From: an uncultured delta proteobacterium
Lineage (GTDB): Bacteria; Desulfobacterota; Binatia; JACPRU01
Reading direction: 5' to 3'
NCBI GenBank assembly: GCA_963745025.1
Contig: CAVUWD010000012.1
Span: forward strand, 52,961 to 116,960
DNA: 64,000 bases
Below are positions 20,654 through 30,041 of the stretch, piece by piece. Numbering within the stretch: the first letter of the stretch is position 1; each line of letters starts with the position of its first letter. The translations under genes were made by a program, and so were the position numbers. The notes under the pieces are model-generated. The model saw only the letters and a program-made list of their open reading frames with translations. It was not told where the DNA came from and did not search any database.

Positions 20654-20846
20654 GGGATGTGCTCGGGCCGGGTGGGTCGAAGGTGAGAAATCTCCTAAAC
20701 GGGATAACCCTCCGTGCGAGGGAGGGCTTCACCAATGAAACAACCGCAAGCCCCCCGGAACCATGCTAACCCACGGGCGCGAAGGCACCATTGGCGCTAC
20801 GGTCTTAGCTACCCGAGCACATCCCGGTGTACTCGACGCACACCGG
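20654..20846 (-). ncRNA. Putative IS110 bridge/seek RNA
   Basis: Perfect 14-bp stem 20654-20667/20812-20825 encloses two repeated CT-N5-ACGGG-hairpin-CACCA units in the non-coding end upstream of the transposase. Strand is inferred. Confidence 0.7.
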
Positions 20847-20910
20847 CGCAGCAAAGACACTCAGGTTTCTTCCATCAACAACACCGCGCCTCGCGCGGGG
20901 TCAAATGCTA

Positions 20911-21001
20911 ACCTAACAAGCGGTTGGAGCGGCCCGGCGCGCAACCAGCTCGTCACGGCCGGACCTCGGTGGGCGCCGGCCGCTCAACCGCGGGGCGTTA
21001 G
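20911..21001 (+). repeat. Integron attC site, interrupted at R'' by IS110 and at R' by IS1634
   Basis: ACCTAAC..CGGTTGGAGC..GCTCAACCG..GTTAG; removing IS1634 restores GTTAGAC and a 93-bp site. Confidence 0.85.
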
Positions 21002-21126
21002 CCGGAAGTTCCCGCGCTCTGCCAGTGTGAAGGTGGTCTGAAAGTCGCGGTGGTTATTGGTGTTTGTGCCTGTGGGAGTGAGATATTTGGGTCCTTGCTG
21101 TAGTCACTAAATCATGCTGGGCTGGC

Positions 21127-21155
21127 TTGACAACACACGTGTTATCCACTAATAA
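21127..21155 (+). promoter_or_regulatory. Putative IS1634 transposase promoter
   Basis: TTGACA-17 bp-TAATAA, ending 6 nt before GTG 21162. Confidence 0.45.
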
Positions 21156-21161
21156 CACGCC

Positions 21162-22899
21162 GTGGCTCGGCGAAGCGGCGCAGTTCATGTAGTAACCACA
21201 AGGCGGACCTACAAAGACAAGGTCTACGAGACCCACCTGCTGCGCCGCAGCTACCGCCAGGGCGACACGGTCAAGAACGAGACGCTCGGCAACCTCTCTC
21301 ACCTCCCGGGCCATCTCATCGACCTGATTCGTCGCGCACTTCAGGGAGAGGCCGTTGCGCCGGTGACGCAGCTCTTCGAGATCACCTCTTCGGCGGCTCA
21401 CGGGCATGTGGAGGCGGTTCGGGCCGCGATGGCACGACTGGAGTTCGAGCCGCTGCTCGCCTCACGTGGGTGTCGGGAGCGCGATCTGGTGTGCGCGATG
21501 GTGGCCGCTCGCATCATCGCCCCGCACACCAAGCTCGCCACCACCCGCTGGTGGCACACCACCACCTTGGCCGAGGACCTCGCGTGTGGCCGATGCCGAC
21601 GAGGACGATCTCTACGCGGCGATGGACTGGCTGCTCGAGCGTCAGGGGACGATCGAGAAGAAGCTCGCCACGCGCCATCTCGGCGAGGGGAGCCTGGTGC
21701 TGTACGACTTGAGCTCGAGCTACTTCGAGGGGACGACCTGTCCGCTGGCCAAGCTCGGGCACGATCGCGACGGCAAGAAGGGCAAGCTGCAGGTGAACTA
21801 TGGGCTGCTCACCGATCGGCGCGGTTGCCCGGTGGCGGTGTCGGTCTACGACGGCAATACCAGCGACCCCAAGACCCTCATGCCGCAAGTCCACAAGCTC
21901 AAGAAGGACTTCGGCATCCAGACCCTGGTCCTGGTCGGCGACCGAGGGATGATTTCACAGAAGGCCATCGACGAGCTCAAGGAGCAGGACCAAGTCGCCT
22001 GGATCACGGCGCTCAAGACCCGTCAGATTCGAGCGCTGGTGGAAGGCGGGCAGCTTCAGCTCGGGCTCTTCGACGAGAAGAATCTCTTCGAGCTCTCGCA
22101 CCCGGACTTTCCCGCCGAGCGCCTGATCGCATGCCGCAACCCGCAGCTAGCGAAGCTGCGCAATCACAAGCGGCAGTCTCTGCTCGATGCCACCGAGAAG
22201 GAGCTCGAGAAGGTCAGGGGCATGGTCGAGCGGGGGCGCCTTTCGGGCCGCGACGCTATCGGCGTGCGCGTGGGCAAGGTCGTCAACAAGTACAAGGTCG
22301 CCAAGCACTTCGCGCTCGACATCGAGGAGCACCGCTTCGGCTTCCATCGGCTCGAGGACGACATCGCTTCGGAAGCGGCCCTCGACGGCATCTACATCAT
22401 CCGCACGAGCCTCGGGAAAAAGCAGATGACGGCCGCCGACTGCGTGCGTAACTACAAGTCCCTGGCTCAGGTCGAGCGGGCGTTTCGATCGCTGAAGACC
22501 ATCGATCTGAAGATCCGCCCCATCCACCATCACCTCGCCGACCGCGTCAGAAGCCACATCTTCCTCTGCATGCTCGCCTACTATGTCGAGTGGCACATGC
22601 GAGAGGCCTGGCGCCCCTTGCTCTTCGCCGACGAGGATCCACTCGCCAAGACTACCCGCGATCCGGTGGCCCCCGCCAAGCGCTCCGCGGCCGCCGAGGC
22701 CAAGGCCGCCTCTCATCTCCTCGACGACGGCACCCCCGCCCACAGCTTCTCCACCCTTCAACAGGAGCTCGCTACCATCGTCCGCAACACCTGCCGCGCC
22801 CCCCACGCCGGCGACGATGCCCCAACCTTCAAGATCACCACCACTCCCAACCCGAAGCAGCGTCGCGCCCTCGAACTGCTCAACGCCATCCACTTGTAG
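21162..22899 (+). CDS. IS1634 family DDE transposase (frameshift near 21583)
   Basis: LLRRSYRQGDTVKNETLGNLSHLP in ORF1; LYDLSSSYFEG, VGDRGMI, YKSLAQVERAFRSLK in ORF2; one extra C separates the two frames. Confidence 0.9.
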
Positions 22900-22911
22900 A
22901 CAGAAACTCGC

Positions 22912-22997
22912 ACACCTGATTCGGTCTATCTCCCCGAATCATGAAAGGATTCCGACACCTGATTCGGTCTATCTCCCCGAATCATGAAAGGATTCCG
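22912..22997. repeat. Perfect 2 x 43-bp tandem duplication inside the IS1634 right end
   Basis: acacctgattcggtctatctccccgaatcatgaaaggattccg at 22912-22954 and 22955-22997. Confidence 0.95.
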
Positions 22998-23029
22998 CTC
23001 GAACCAGCGGGGAACTTCAGGTTAGACCT

Positions 23030-23224
23030 CTCCGAGAATACCTGGCCGAGTACCGGCGCGTGACCCAGCAATCCCTGGAGCTCCAGCACCGCGCCGTCGC
23101 TCGACGAGAGCAGGTCAGCCTCATCTACAAGCGGATCGTACTTCTGGGAGGCGTTCTGGTTGCCGGGCTTCTGAGTCTGCTCCTGTATCCTCTGGTGCGC
23201 TGGTCGCACTACCTATTTCGGTGA
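23030..23224 (+). pseudogene. 5'-truncated small membrane protein gene following the attC R' box
   Basis: LREYLAEYRRVTQQSLELQ..IVLLGGVLVAGLLSLLLYPLVRWSHYLFR-stop; no start codon. Confidence 0.5.
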
Positions 23225-23361
23225 TGCGGGAGAAGAGGTGGAGGAGCCGTGCAGGCAGGGTCCACGGGAGTGGGTCGGCGGATCGAGGCGAGGTGCGCCG
23301 GACGACCCACCGATCGGCGGGATGACCTTGGTGGCGGAGTCGGTCAGACGACAGGGCTCGC

Positions 23362-24513
23362 TCAAGTCGCGACGACCATGAGCCGGAACACCGATGGGTC
23401 AGCCGCCTTGCCGGCGCCGGCACGCGCGATGAGCTGATCCTCCGCCGGCACCACACTGCGGAGCTCCGGCACCACCTCGTTCGCGAAGGTCCGCATGCTG
23501 TGCTCGGCGATGTCGTACGGCATGCCCCCGTAGCTGAAGACGCCGACGAACGCCTCGGCGCCGGTCTTCCCCTGCGTCTCGACGATCTTCTGGTAGCACT
23601 GCTCGGGCGTACCGTAGACCTGCAGGCTGAGGAAGAACTCCACCATGGCGTCGACGCCGCCGGGGGCCGAGGCGCTCTCCTGCATTTGCTTGTACGCCTC
23701 GTAGCCCTTCATCTTCGTCAGGTGGTCGCCGATGAGCTCGTAGTGTCGGACCACCGATCGCCAGTACTCGGCGATGTACTTCCGTCCGAGCTCTTCGGCG
23801 CGACCCGCATCCTCGTCGCAGAACGTCCAGCCGGCGACGATCGGCGGCGGGGCATCCGTGCCGTTCACCTCGGCGTAGATTCGGCGGTAGTCGCCGAGCT
23901 CCTTCAGCACCATGTCCCAGGGCTTCTGTGGGATGATGAGCAGGCCGATGCCGAGCCTCGCCATGATCTGGGATGATTCCGGCGAGACGGCAGCCGCATA
24001 GGTTCTGCCGCGGAAGGACTTGAACGGCCGGGGCCGGAGATCTCGCCGCGTCTGCTTGTAGTACTTGCCGGAAAACTCGACGTATCCACGCTCGAGACCC
24101 TCGAGGATGATCTGCGACGCCTCGACGAACCGCTCGCGGCTCTCCTCCTGGTTCACGCCGAAGCCTTCGAACTCGACGCGACCGAGCCCCCGGCCGAGCC
24201 CGAGGACGAAGCGTCCGTTCGACATGTGGTCGAGCATGGTCACCTGCTCCGCCACGCGCACGGGGTCGTGCCACGGCAGCACCACGACCATCGAGCCGAG
24301 CTGGATGCGCTGCGTGCGCCCCGCCATGTATGCGAGGTAGAGGAGCACGTCGGGGCACATGGTGTAGTCGGTGAAGTGGTGCTCGACGCCCCAGAGCGAC
24401 TCGAAGCCGAGCGGTTCGGCCAGGTCCGCAAAGCGCAGCTCGTTGCGGTAGACGTTGCGATCCGTTCGCCCCGCCCCTTGACCCTGAAAAATCACCGCCA
24501 TGCCGATATGCAT
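23362..24513 (-). CDS. LLM-class flavin-dependent oxidoreductase (luciferase-like monooxygenase)
   Basis: GFESLWGVEHHF, PWHDPVRVAEQ, SNGRFVLGLGRG; AGGAGAGG RBS. Confidence 0.93.
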   Translation of the reverse strand: MHIGMAVIFQGQGAGRTDRNVYRNELRFADLAEPLGFESLWGVEHHFTDYTMCPDVLLYLAYMAGRTQRIQLGSMVVVLPWHDPVRVAEQVTMLDHMSNGRFVLGLGRGLGRVEFEGFGVNQEESRERFVEASQIILEGLERGYVEFSGKYYKQTRRDLRPRPFKSFRGRTYAAAVSPESSQIMARLGIGLLIIPQKPWDMVLKELGDYRRIYAEVNGTDAPPPIVAGWTFCDEDAGRAEELGRKYIAEYWRSVVRHYELIGDHLTKMKGYEAYKQMQESASAPGGVDAMVEFFLSLQVYGTPEQCYQKIVETQGKTGAEAFVGVFSYGGMPYDIAEHSMRTFANEVVPELRSVVPAEDQLIARAGAGKAADPSVFRLMVVAT

Positions 24514-24583
24514 TGCACCTCTCCTTTCCGGCGACCGAGACTTCTGCGGCCGCGCTCGTCTGCTCGGTCGGTGCCGGGCGCCA

Positions 24584-25882
24584 TCATGATTGCGCCCTCA
24601 CCTCGCGCTCGATTTGCTCCGCGTACTTGGCTGCCGCCGCCTCCCGGAGCTTTGGCAGGTGTTGAGTCGGAAAGAGATCCCGCGTCGCCTGGTACTCGCG
24701 GAGAACCTGACGGGCGACCGTGATCTTGTGCACCTCGGTCGGGCCGTCGGCGAGCCCCATGTGGAAGCTCTGGATCACCTGCTCGACGAACGGCATCTCC
24801 TGCGTCGCGCCGAGCGAACCGTGCAGGTGCAGCGCCCGCGCCGCGACGTCGTGAAAGACCTTCGGCATCAGGGCCTTCACCGCCGCGATGTCCTTGCGCA
24901 CCTTCCGGTAGTCCTTGTAGCGATCGATCCGCCAGGCCGTGCGCAGCACGAGCAGGCGAAACTGCTCGATCTCGATCCACGAGTCGGCGATCTTCTCCTG
25001 AACCATCTGCTTGTCCGCGAGCAGTGAGCCTTGGGTCGTTCGCGACAGCACCCGCTCGCACATCATGTCGAAGGCCTCACGCACCTGCCCAATCGTGCGC
25101 ATCGCATGGTGGATGCGCCCGCCGCCGAGCCGGGTCTGCGCCACGACGAACGCGCCCCCGCGCGGGCCGAGCATGTGATCGCGGGGCACGTGGACGTCTT
25201 CGTAGCGGACGTAGCCGTGACTTCCCTCCCCCTCGCGCAGGCCGACCGCCATGTTTCGCAGGATGCGGAAGCCGGGCGTGTCGCTCGGCACGATGAACAT
25301 CGACATGCGCTCGTAGGGCGACGCATCCGGATCGGTGACCGCCATCACGATCAGGAAGGAGGCGACCTGCGCGTTCGACGAGAACCACTTGTCGCCGTTG
25401 ATCACCCAGTGGTCTCCGGAGAGCTCGGCCTTGGTCGTGAACACCTTCGGGTCGGCGCCGCCCTGCGGCTCGGTCATCGAGAAGCAGGAGACGATCTCGT
25501 TCTCGAGCAGCGGCCGCAAAAAACGCTCCTTCTGCTCCGGCGTACCGTATTTGGCGAGAATCTCGGCGTTACCCGAATCCGGCGCCTGGCATCCGAAGAC
25601 GATCGGGCCGAAGCGGGAACGGCCGAGAATCTCGTTCATGAGCGCGAGCTTCACCTGACCGTAGCCCTGCCCGCCGAGCTCGGGCTCGAGGTGGCAGGCC
25701 CAGAGCTTGCGCTTCCTCACCTCCGCCTGGAGCGGCCGCACCAGCGCGTTGCGCGCGCGATCGCGCACGTCGTAGGGGTTGCCGAGGACGTGATCCAGCG
25801 GCTCGACCTTCTCGCGCACGAACCGCTCGATCCAGTCGAGCTCCTTCTGAAACTCGGGCTCCGTCTCGAAGTCCCAACTCAT
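24584..25882 (-). CDS. Acyl-CoA dehydrogenase
   Basis: CQAPDSGNAE, CFSMTEP, INGDKWFSS, QTRLGGGRIHH, LADGPTEVH. Confidence 0.95.
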   Translation of the reverse strand: MSWDFETEPEFQKELDWIERFVREKVEPLDHVLGNPYDVRDRARNALVRPLQAEVRKRKLWACHLEPELGGQGYGQVKLALMNEILGRSRFGPIVFGCQAPDSGNAEILAKYGTPEQKERFLRPLLENEIVSCFSMTEPQGGADPKVFTTKAELSGDHWVINGDKWFSSNAQVASFLIVMAVTDPDASPYERMSMFIVPSDTPGFRILRNMAVGLREGEGSHGYVRYEDVHVPRDHMLGPRGGAFVVAQTRLGGGRIHHAMRTIGQVREAFDMMCERVLSRTTQGSLLADKQMVQEKIADSWIEIEQFRLLVLRTAWRIDRYKDYRKVRKDIAAVKALMPKVFHDVAARALHLHGSLGATQEMPFVEQVIQSFHMGLADGPTEVHKITVARQVLREYQATRDLFPTQHLPKLREAAAAKYAEQIEREVRAQS

Positions 25883-25936
25883 CAGTCGCCTCCTCTCACT
25901 CTCGACGAATTACGGCCTTTCGCCGACTACCCCGAA

Positions 25937-27406
25937 TCAAACTGCGGCCTCGGAGGGCGGCGCACCGGGCTCCGCCGGCTTTCCGACCTTGCTCCCGCCG
26001 AGAGTCGCGGCCTTCATCTCGTCGAAGGAGTTCTGCAGACACTGCGCGTAGAAGGCTGGGTCGGGCATCTGCGTGCGACACGAGGTGGCCGCGATCGTGA
26101 TCTGACCGCAGTAGCTGAAGACGGGGTGGATGAGACCCAGGCCGTCACCGATCGGTCCCATTCCGTAGGTCGTCACCATCCGCGCGCCACAGAAGTAGAG
26201 CGGCTTCTGCGGCCCGGGAACGTTGGTGACCACCGTATTGAAGAAGGGGTTGACGCGGTTGGCGAGGCTGAAGCGCGTGTACGTTCGAGCCGCCAAGCCG
26301 GCCAGCGCGGAGGGAACGAATTGGCCGTAGTCCGTGAGCGTCCGGGCGCCGATCGCTTGCGTCAACGCCTTCGACTGAACCGCCCCCTCATGCACGGCAT
26401 TCAGCCGCTCCAGCGGATCGCCGATCTCGGTGTGCAGCGGGACGACCATCGCGCTCACCTGATTTCCCCCCGTTCCGCGCTGTGCCTCCGTGCGCACCGA
26501 GATCGGGGCCATGGCGAGCAGCGACTCACGGGGAAGCTCCCGCTTGCTCAGCAGGTACTCGCGTAGCGATCCGCCGCAGATCGCCAGCACCACGTCGTTC
26601 ACGGTCGCGCCTTTCACGGCGCTCTTCATCGCGCGGATCGCGTCGAGGTCGAAGGAGCGCCCATCGAGCACGCGGTGCGCCGTGACCGTGCCGTTGAAGC
26701 GCGTGCGCGGCACGGGCGCGGGAGTCTTGAACTCCCGTGCCTGGAACTCCTGGCGCAGCCGCGCCATCGCCGGAGCCGACTCCCCCATGACGCGCCCGAG
26801 CCGGAACGGATAGATGATGTTGTTGAACATCGTTCTCCCGAGCAGCTCCGCCGTGCCGGGCACCGCATCGGGCGACCACGCCTCCTTCGCCCGCGCAGGC
26901 TCTGCGCCGGGCTCGAGATCGTGGAGCGCAGCGATGATCTGGACGCCGGCGACGCCGTCGATGGCCGCGTGGTGGATCTTGCCGACGATCGCGAAGCTGC
27001 CTTTCGGCAGCCCCGGAACGTTGTCGAGGCCTTCGATCACGTAGATCTCCCAGAGCGGGTGATTGTGGTCGAGAGGGCGCGAGTGAAGGCGCGCCACCTG
27101 GATGCAGAGCTGGCGCCAGTCGCCCGGCCGCGGCAGCGCGATGTGTCGAACGTGGAACTCGAGATCGAAGTCGGGATCCTCGATCCAGTAGGGATGGTCG
27201 AGATTGAGCGGCACGTGGACGAGTCGCTGCCGGAAGCAGCGCGCGAGATGCAGCCGCTTCTCGATGTTCGTAAGGATCCCTCGGAACGTGACCCTGCCGC
27301 CAGGTGCGGTCGATTGATCGTAGATCATGATGAAGCCGACGTGCATGGGAGCGTTGGCCGTTTCGAAATAGAGAAACGACGCGTCGAGGCCAGTGAGTTG
27401 CTGCAT
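25937..27406 (-). CDS. Wax ester synthase/diacylglycerol acyltransferase
   Basis: MQQLTGLDASFL, HHAAIDG, ATVNDVVL, TNVPGPQ; AGGAGG RBS. Confidence 0.95.
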   Translation of the reverse strand: MQQLTGLDASFLYFETANAPMHVGFIMIYDQSTAPGGRVTFRGILTNIEKRLHLARCFRQRLVHVPLNLDHPYWIEDPDFDLEFHVRHIALPRPGDWRQLCIQVARLHSRPLDHNHPLWEIYVIEGLDNVPGLPKGSFAIVGKIHHAAIDGVAGVQIIAALHDLEPGAEPARAKEAWSPDAVPGTAELLGRTMFNNIIYPFRLGRVMGESAPAMARLRQEFQAREFKTPAPVPRTRFNGTVTAHRVLDGRSFDLDAIRAMKSAVKGATVNDVVLAICGGSLREYLLSKRELPRESLLAMAPISVRTEAQRGTGGNQVSAMVVPLHTEIGDPLERLNAVHEGAVQSKALTQAIGARTLTDYGQFVPSALAGLAARTYTRFSLANRVNPFFNTVVTNVPGPQKPLYFCGARMVTTYGMGPIGDGLGLIHPVFSYCGQITIAATSCRTQMPDPAFYAQCLQNSFDEMKAATLGGSKVGKPAEPGAPPSEAAV

Positions 27407-27624
27407 GGCTTTACCTCCTGCTCCGGGCATCAAAATCCTGTTGAAGGGGAATTTCAACCGCGACGTGGCCCCCAGTCTTCGCCACGAATGCTTGGGAAAG
27501 ACGGAGGGCGCGGTCGGTTATGATCGGCCCGTACTCGGGTGGATCACAACCGACCGCAACCGCGCGGAGCGCGGAAGGCAATAGACCAGCGCCGAGAGCT
27601 GTTGCGTTGCGCGCTACGCGCGGT

Positions 27625-27672
27625 GCTGGAGATTCCGATCGGGACGTACTCGGCCCGATCGGAATCTCCAGC
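27625..27672. repeat. Perfect 19-bp inverted repeat (terminator-like or REP-like hairpin)
   Basis: gctggagattccgatcggg-10 nt-cccgatcggaatctccagc, about 50 bp downstream of the ltaE stop. Confidence 0.7.
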
Positions 27673-27721
27673 GCTCCGCGGAACTCGCGGCGTTCGTGCA
27701 AAGACTGAGGCATCACGCCGG

Positions 27722-28744
27722 TCAGGCCGTGCTCGCGAAAAACTCCTTCGCGGTGCCGACGAAGCGCTCGATGTCGTTTCGATCCACGTCGAGATGCGTC
27801 ACCAGCCGGATCGTTTCCTGGCCGCTCACCAAGATGCCGCGCTGCCTCAGATATTCACGCAGCCCCTCCGATCGTCGTGGCTGGACGGTGACGTAGACCA
27901 TGTTGGTCTGCGCCCCTCCCGACGAAACGTTCACTTCGGCCAACCGCGCCAGGCCTTCGGCAAGCGCGCGTGCGTTCTCGTGATCTTCTGCCAGGCGCTC
28001 GACGTTGTGCTCGAGCGCGTAGATGCCCGCCGCCGCCAGCACCCCCGCCTGGCGCATCCCGCCGCCGAGCACCTTGCGCCAGCGGCGCGCCTTGGCGATC
28101 AGTCCCCGCGAGCCGCACAGCATCGAGCCCACGGGCGCCCCGAGACCCTTGGACAGACACACCGATACCGAGCCGAAATACCGGCTGATCTCGGTGACGG
28201 CTACGCCGAGATCAACCGCCGCGTTGAAGATGCGCGCGCCATCGAGATGGAGGCCGAGCCCTTTGGCCGCGGCAAATTCGCCTGCCCGTCTCAGATAGTC
28301 GAGCGACAGCACTTTCCCGGCCTGGGTATTCTCCAGGCAGAGCAGCCGCGTCTTCGCGAAATGCGAATCATCGGGCTTGATCGCGGCCTCGACCTTGCCG
28401 AGATCGAGCGAGCCGTCCGGCTCGTAGTCCAGCGGCTGCGGTTGGATGCTGCCGAGCACCGCCGCTCCACCGCCTTCGTACTTGTAGGTGTGGCCTTGCT
28501 GGCCGACGATGTACTCGTCGCCACGCTCGCAATGGGACAGCAGCGCGAGCAGATTGCTCTGGGTGCCGCTCGAGACGAAGAGCGCGGCTTCCTTGCCGAG
28601 CATCTCGGCGCCCATCGCTTCGAGGCGGTTGACGGTCGGATCCTCGCCGTAGACGTCGTCTCCGACCTCCGCCGTGGCCATGGCGGCACGCATCTCCGGC
28701 GACGGCCGGGTCACCGTGTCGCTGCGCAGATCGATTCCCTTCAT
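27722..28744 (-). CDS. ltaE: Low-specificity L-threonine aldolase
   Basis: [51 protein letters not shown]. Confidence 0.95.
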   Translation of the reverse strand: MKGIDLRSDTVTRPSPEMRAAMATAEVGDDVYGEDPTVNRLEAMGAEMLGKEAALFVSSGTQSNLLALLSHCERGDEYIVGQQGHTYKYEGGGAAVLGSIQPQPLDYEPDGSLDLGKVEAAIKPDDSHFAKTRLLCLENTQAGKVLSLDYLRRAGEFAAAKGLGLHLDGARIFNAAVDLGVAVTEISRYFGSVSVCLSKGLGAPVGSMLCGSRGLIAKARRWRKVLGGGMRQAGVLAAAGIYALEHNVERLAEDHENARALAEGLARLAEVNVSSGGAQTNMVYVTVQPRRSEGLREYLRQRGILVSGQETIRLVTHLDVDRNDIERFVGTAKEFFASTA

Positions 28745-28751
28745 GGGTTTG

Positions 28752-29813
28752 TTAGTGGCGGCAGACGAAGATCGTGTTCTGGGGTCCGGGCACCTCCAGC
28801 GCGTCGACCCGACTGAAGCCGGCCTCGGTGAAAAAGCGCCGCGCCGTCTGCTCACCCCAAGCGGTGCCGAGCCCCGCGCCTCCCTGGGCGAGCGAGACGG
28901 TCATGCAATGAAGGACGCTCACGCCGTACATCCACGGCGCAAACGGGTTACGAGCATTCTCCTCCAATTTGCTCGAGGCCCTCGGCTCGACGGCGAGGTA
29001 GATGCCATCGGGAGCGAGCGCCTCGGCCACGCTTCGCAGAACTCCCGCCGGGTCTCGCTGGTCGTGGATCGCGTCGAAGGAGGTAATGAGATCGAATTTG
29101 GGTCCGGGCGGTAGGCGCGTTACGTCGACGATCTCGAACCGCGCGTTCGAGAGGCCCATCGCTCGTGCTTCTGCACGAGCCCTCTCGATGGCGTCCTCGG
29201 CGATGTCGTAGCCGACGAAGTCGGACGATGGGTATTCCCGCGCCATGAGATTGATCGCATGTCCGGTCCCGCAGCCGAGGTCGGCAACCCGAATGCCTGC
29301 GGCGAGCCGCTCGGGAAGCCCTTTGACGGCCGGCAGGAAGCTCTTGATGAGCAGCCCGTCATAGAGCAGTCGCCATGAGGCATCCATGTACTCCGTGAAG
29401 TCCGGCCGGAATTCCGAGTACGGCACGCCCCCGCCTCTCCTGAAGCAGGCGACGACAGCCGGCAGTCTTTTCGCAAGCATCGCCAAGCCCTGACTGTTCG
29501 CCGCGAGGTTTCGGCTGGACGTCCCCGTGAGACAGACCGCGTGCTCTTCGGGCAGGGCGTACGTCTGTGAGCCTGGATCGTACTCCATGATGCCGCCGGT
29601 CACCATGGCGCCGAGCCATTCTCGGACGTAGCGCTCGTTGAGACCGGCCCGTTCGGCGAGATCCGCGCTCGTCGCCGCTCCCTTCGCTGCCGCTTCGAAG
29701 AGGCCGGTCCTGTGGCCGACATCCACCATCAGCGCCAGCATGCCGCTGGTATAGTGACCAAAGAGCTTTCGGGCGAAGTCCTGAATCCGTTTCCGATCAA
29801 GCGCCTGTTCCAT
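28752..29813 (-). CDS. Class I SAM-dependent methyltransferase with N-terminal winged helix
   Basis: [41 protein letters not shown]. Confidence 0.9.
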   Translation of the reverse strand: MEQALDRKRIQDFARKLFGHYTSGMLALMVDVGHRTGLFEAAAKGAATSADLAERAGLNERYVREWLGAMVTGGIMEYDPGSQTYALPEEHAVCLTGTSSRNLAANSQGLAMLAKRLPAVVACFRRGGGVPYSEFRPDFTEYMDASWRLLYDGLLIKSFLPAVKGLPERLAAGIRVADLGCGTGHAINLMAREYPSSDFVGYDIAEDAIERARAEARAMGLSNARFEIVDVTRLPPGPKFDLITSFDAIHDQRDPAGVLRSVAEALAPDGIYLAVEPRASSKLEENARNPFAPWMYGVSVLHCMTVSLAQGGAGLGTAWGEQTARRFFTEAGFSRVDALEVPGPQNTIFVCRH

Positions 29814-30041
29814 GCGGCCTCCCGGGGAAGATGATCTGAGGTTCGCCTCGCATCCCCAACAACAGAAGATCAAAGGCAAGTGTAACCCTGATCGCGACGG
29901 CAAGACACTACCACGACGAGAACCCCGGCGCGGCAGCATAGCGCCAAGCGCCGCACGCGGCTCCAAGAGGCTTCCTTCGAGACCGCGGCACGAGCGACGC
30001 GGCGGAGCTTCGGATCGCGTAGAAGATCCGGAGACCCTAAG

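Larger units (their letters stand above)
19217..20914 (-). mobile_element. IS110-family insertion sequence, copy 1
   Basis: Ends defined by identity with copy 2 (ctcctaagaaac...aaatgctaacct); CT at both ends; no terminal inverted repeats. Right boundary could be 20909 or 20914. Confidence 0.92.
21002..23021 (+). mobile_element. IS1634-family insertion sequence
   Basis: Terminal IRs CCGGAAGTTCCCGCGCT / AGCGGGGAACTTCAGG; TTAG duplicated on both flanks. Confidence 0.88.

Noticed and set aside
21570-21600. Programmed frameshift in the IS1634 transposase
   Set aside because: No slippery heptamer; IS1634 transposases are normally single ORFs; matches the +1 error pattern.
22912-22997. Possible CRISPR mini-array
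   Set aside because: Two adjacent copies with no spacer and no cas genes.
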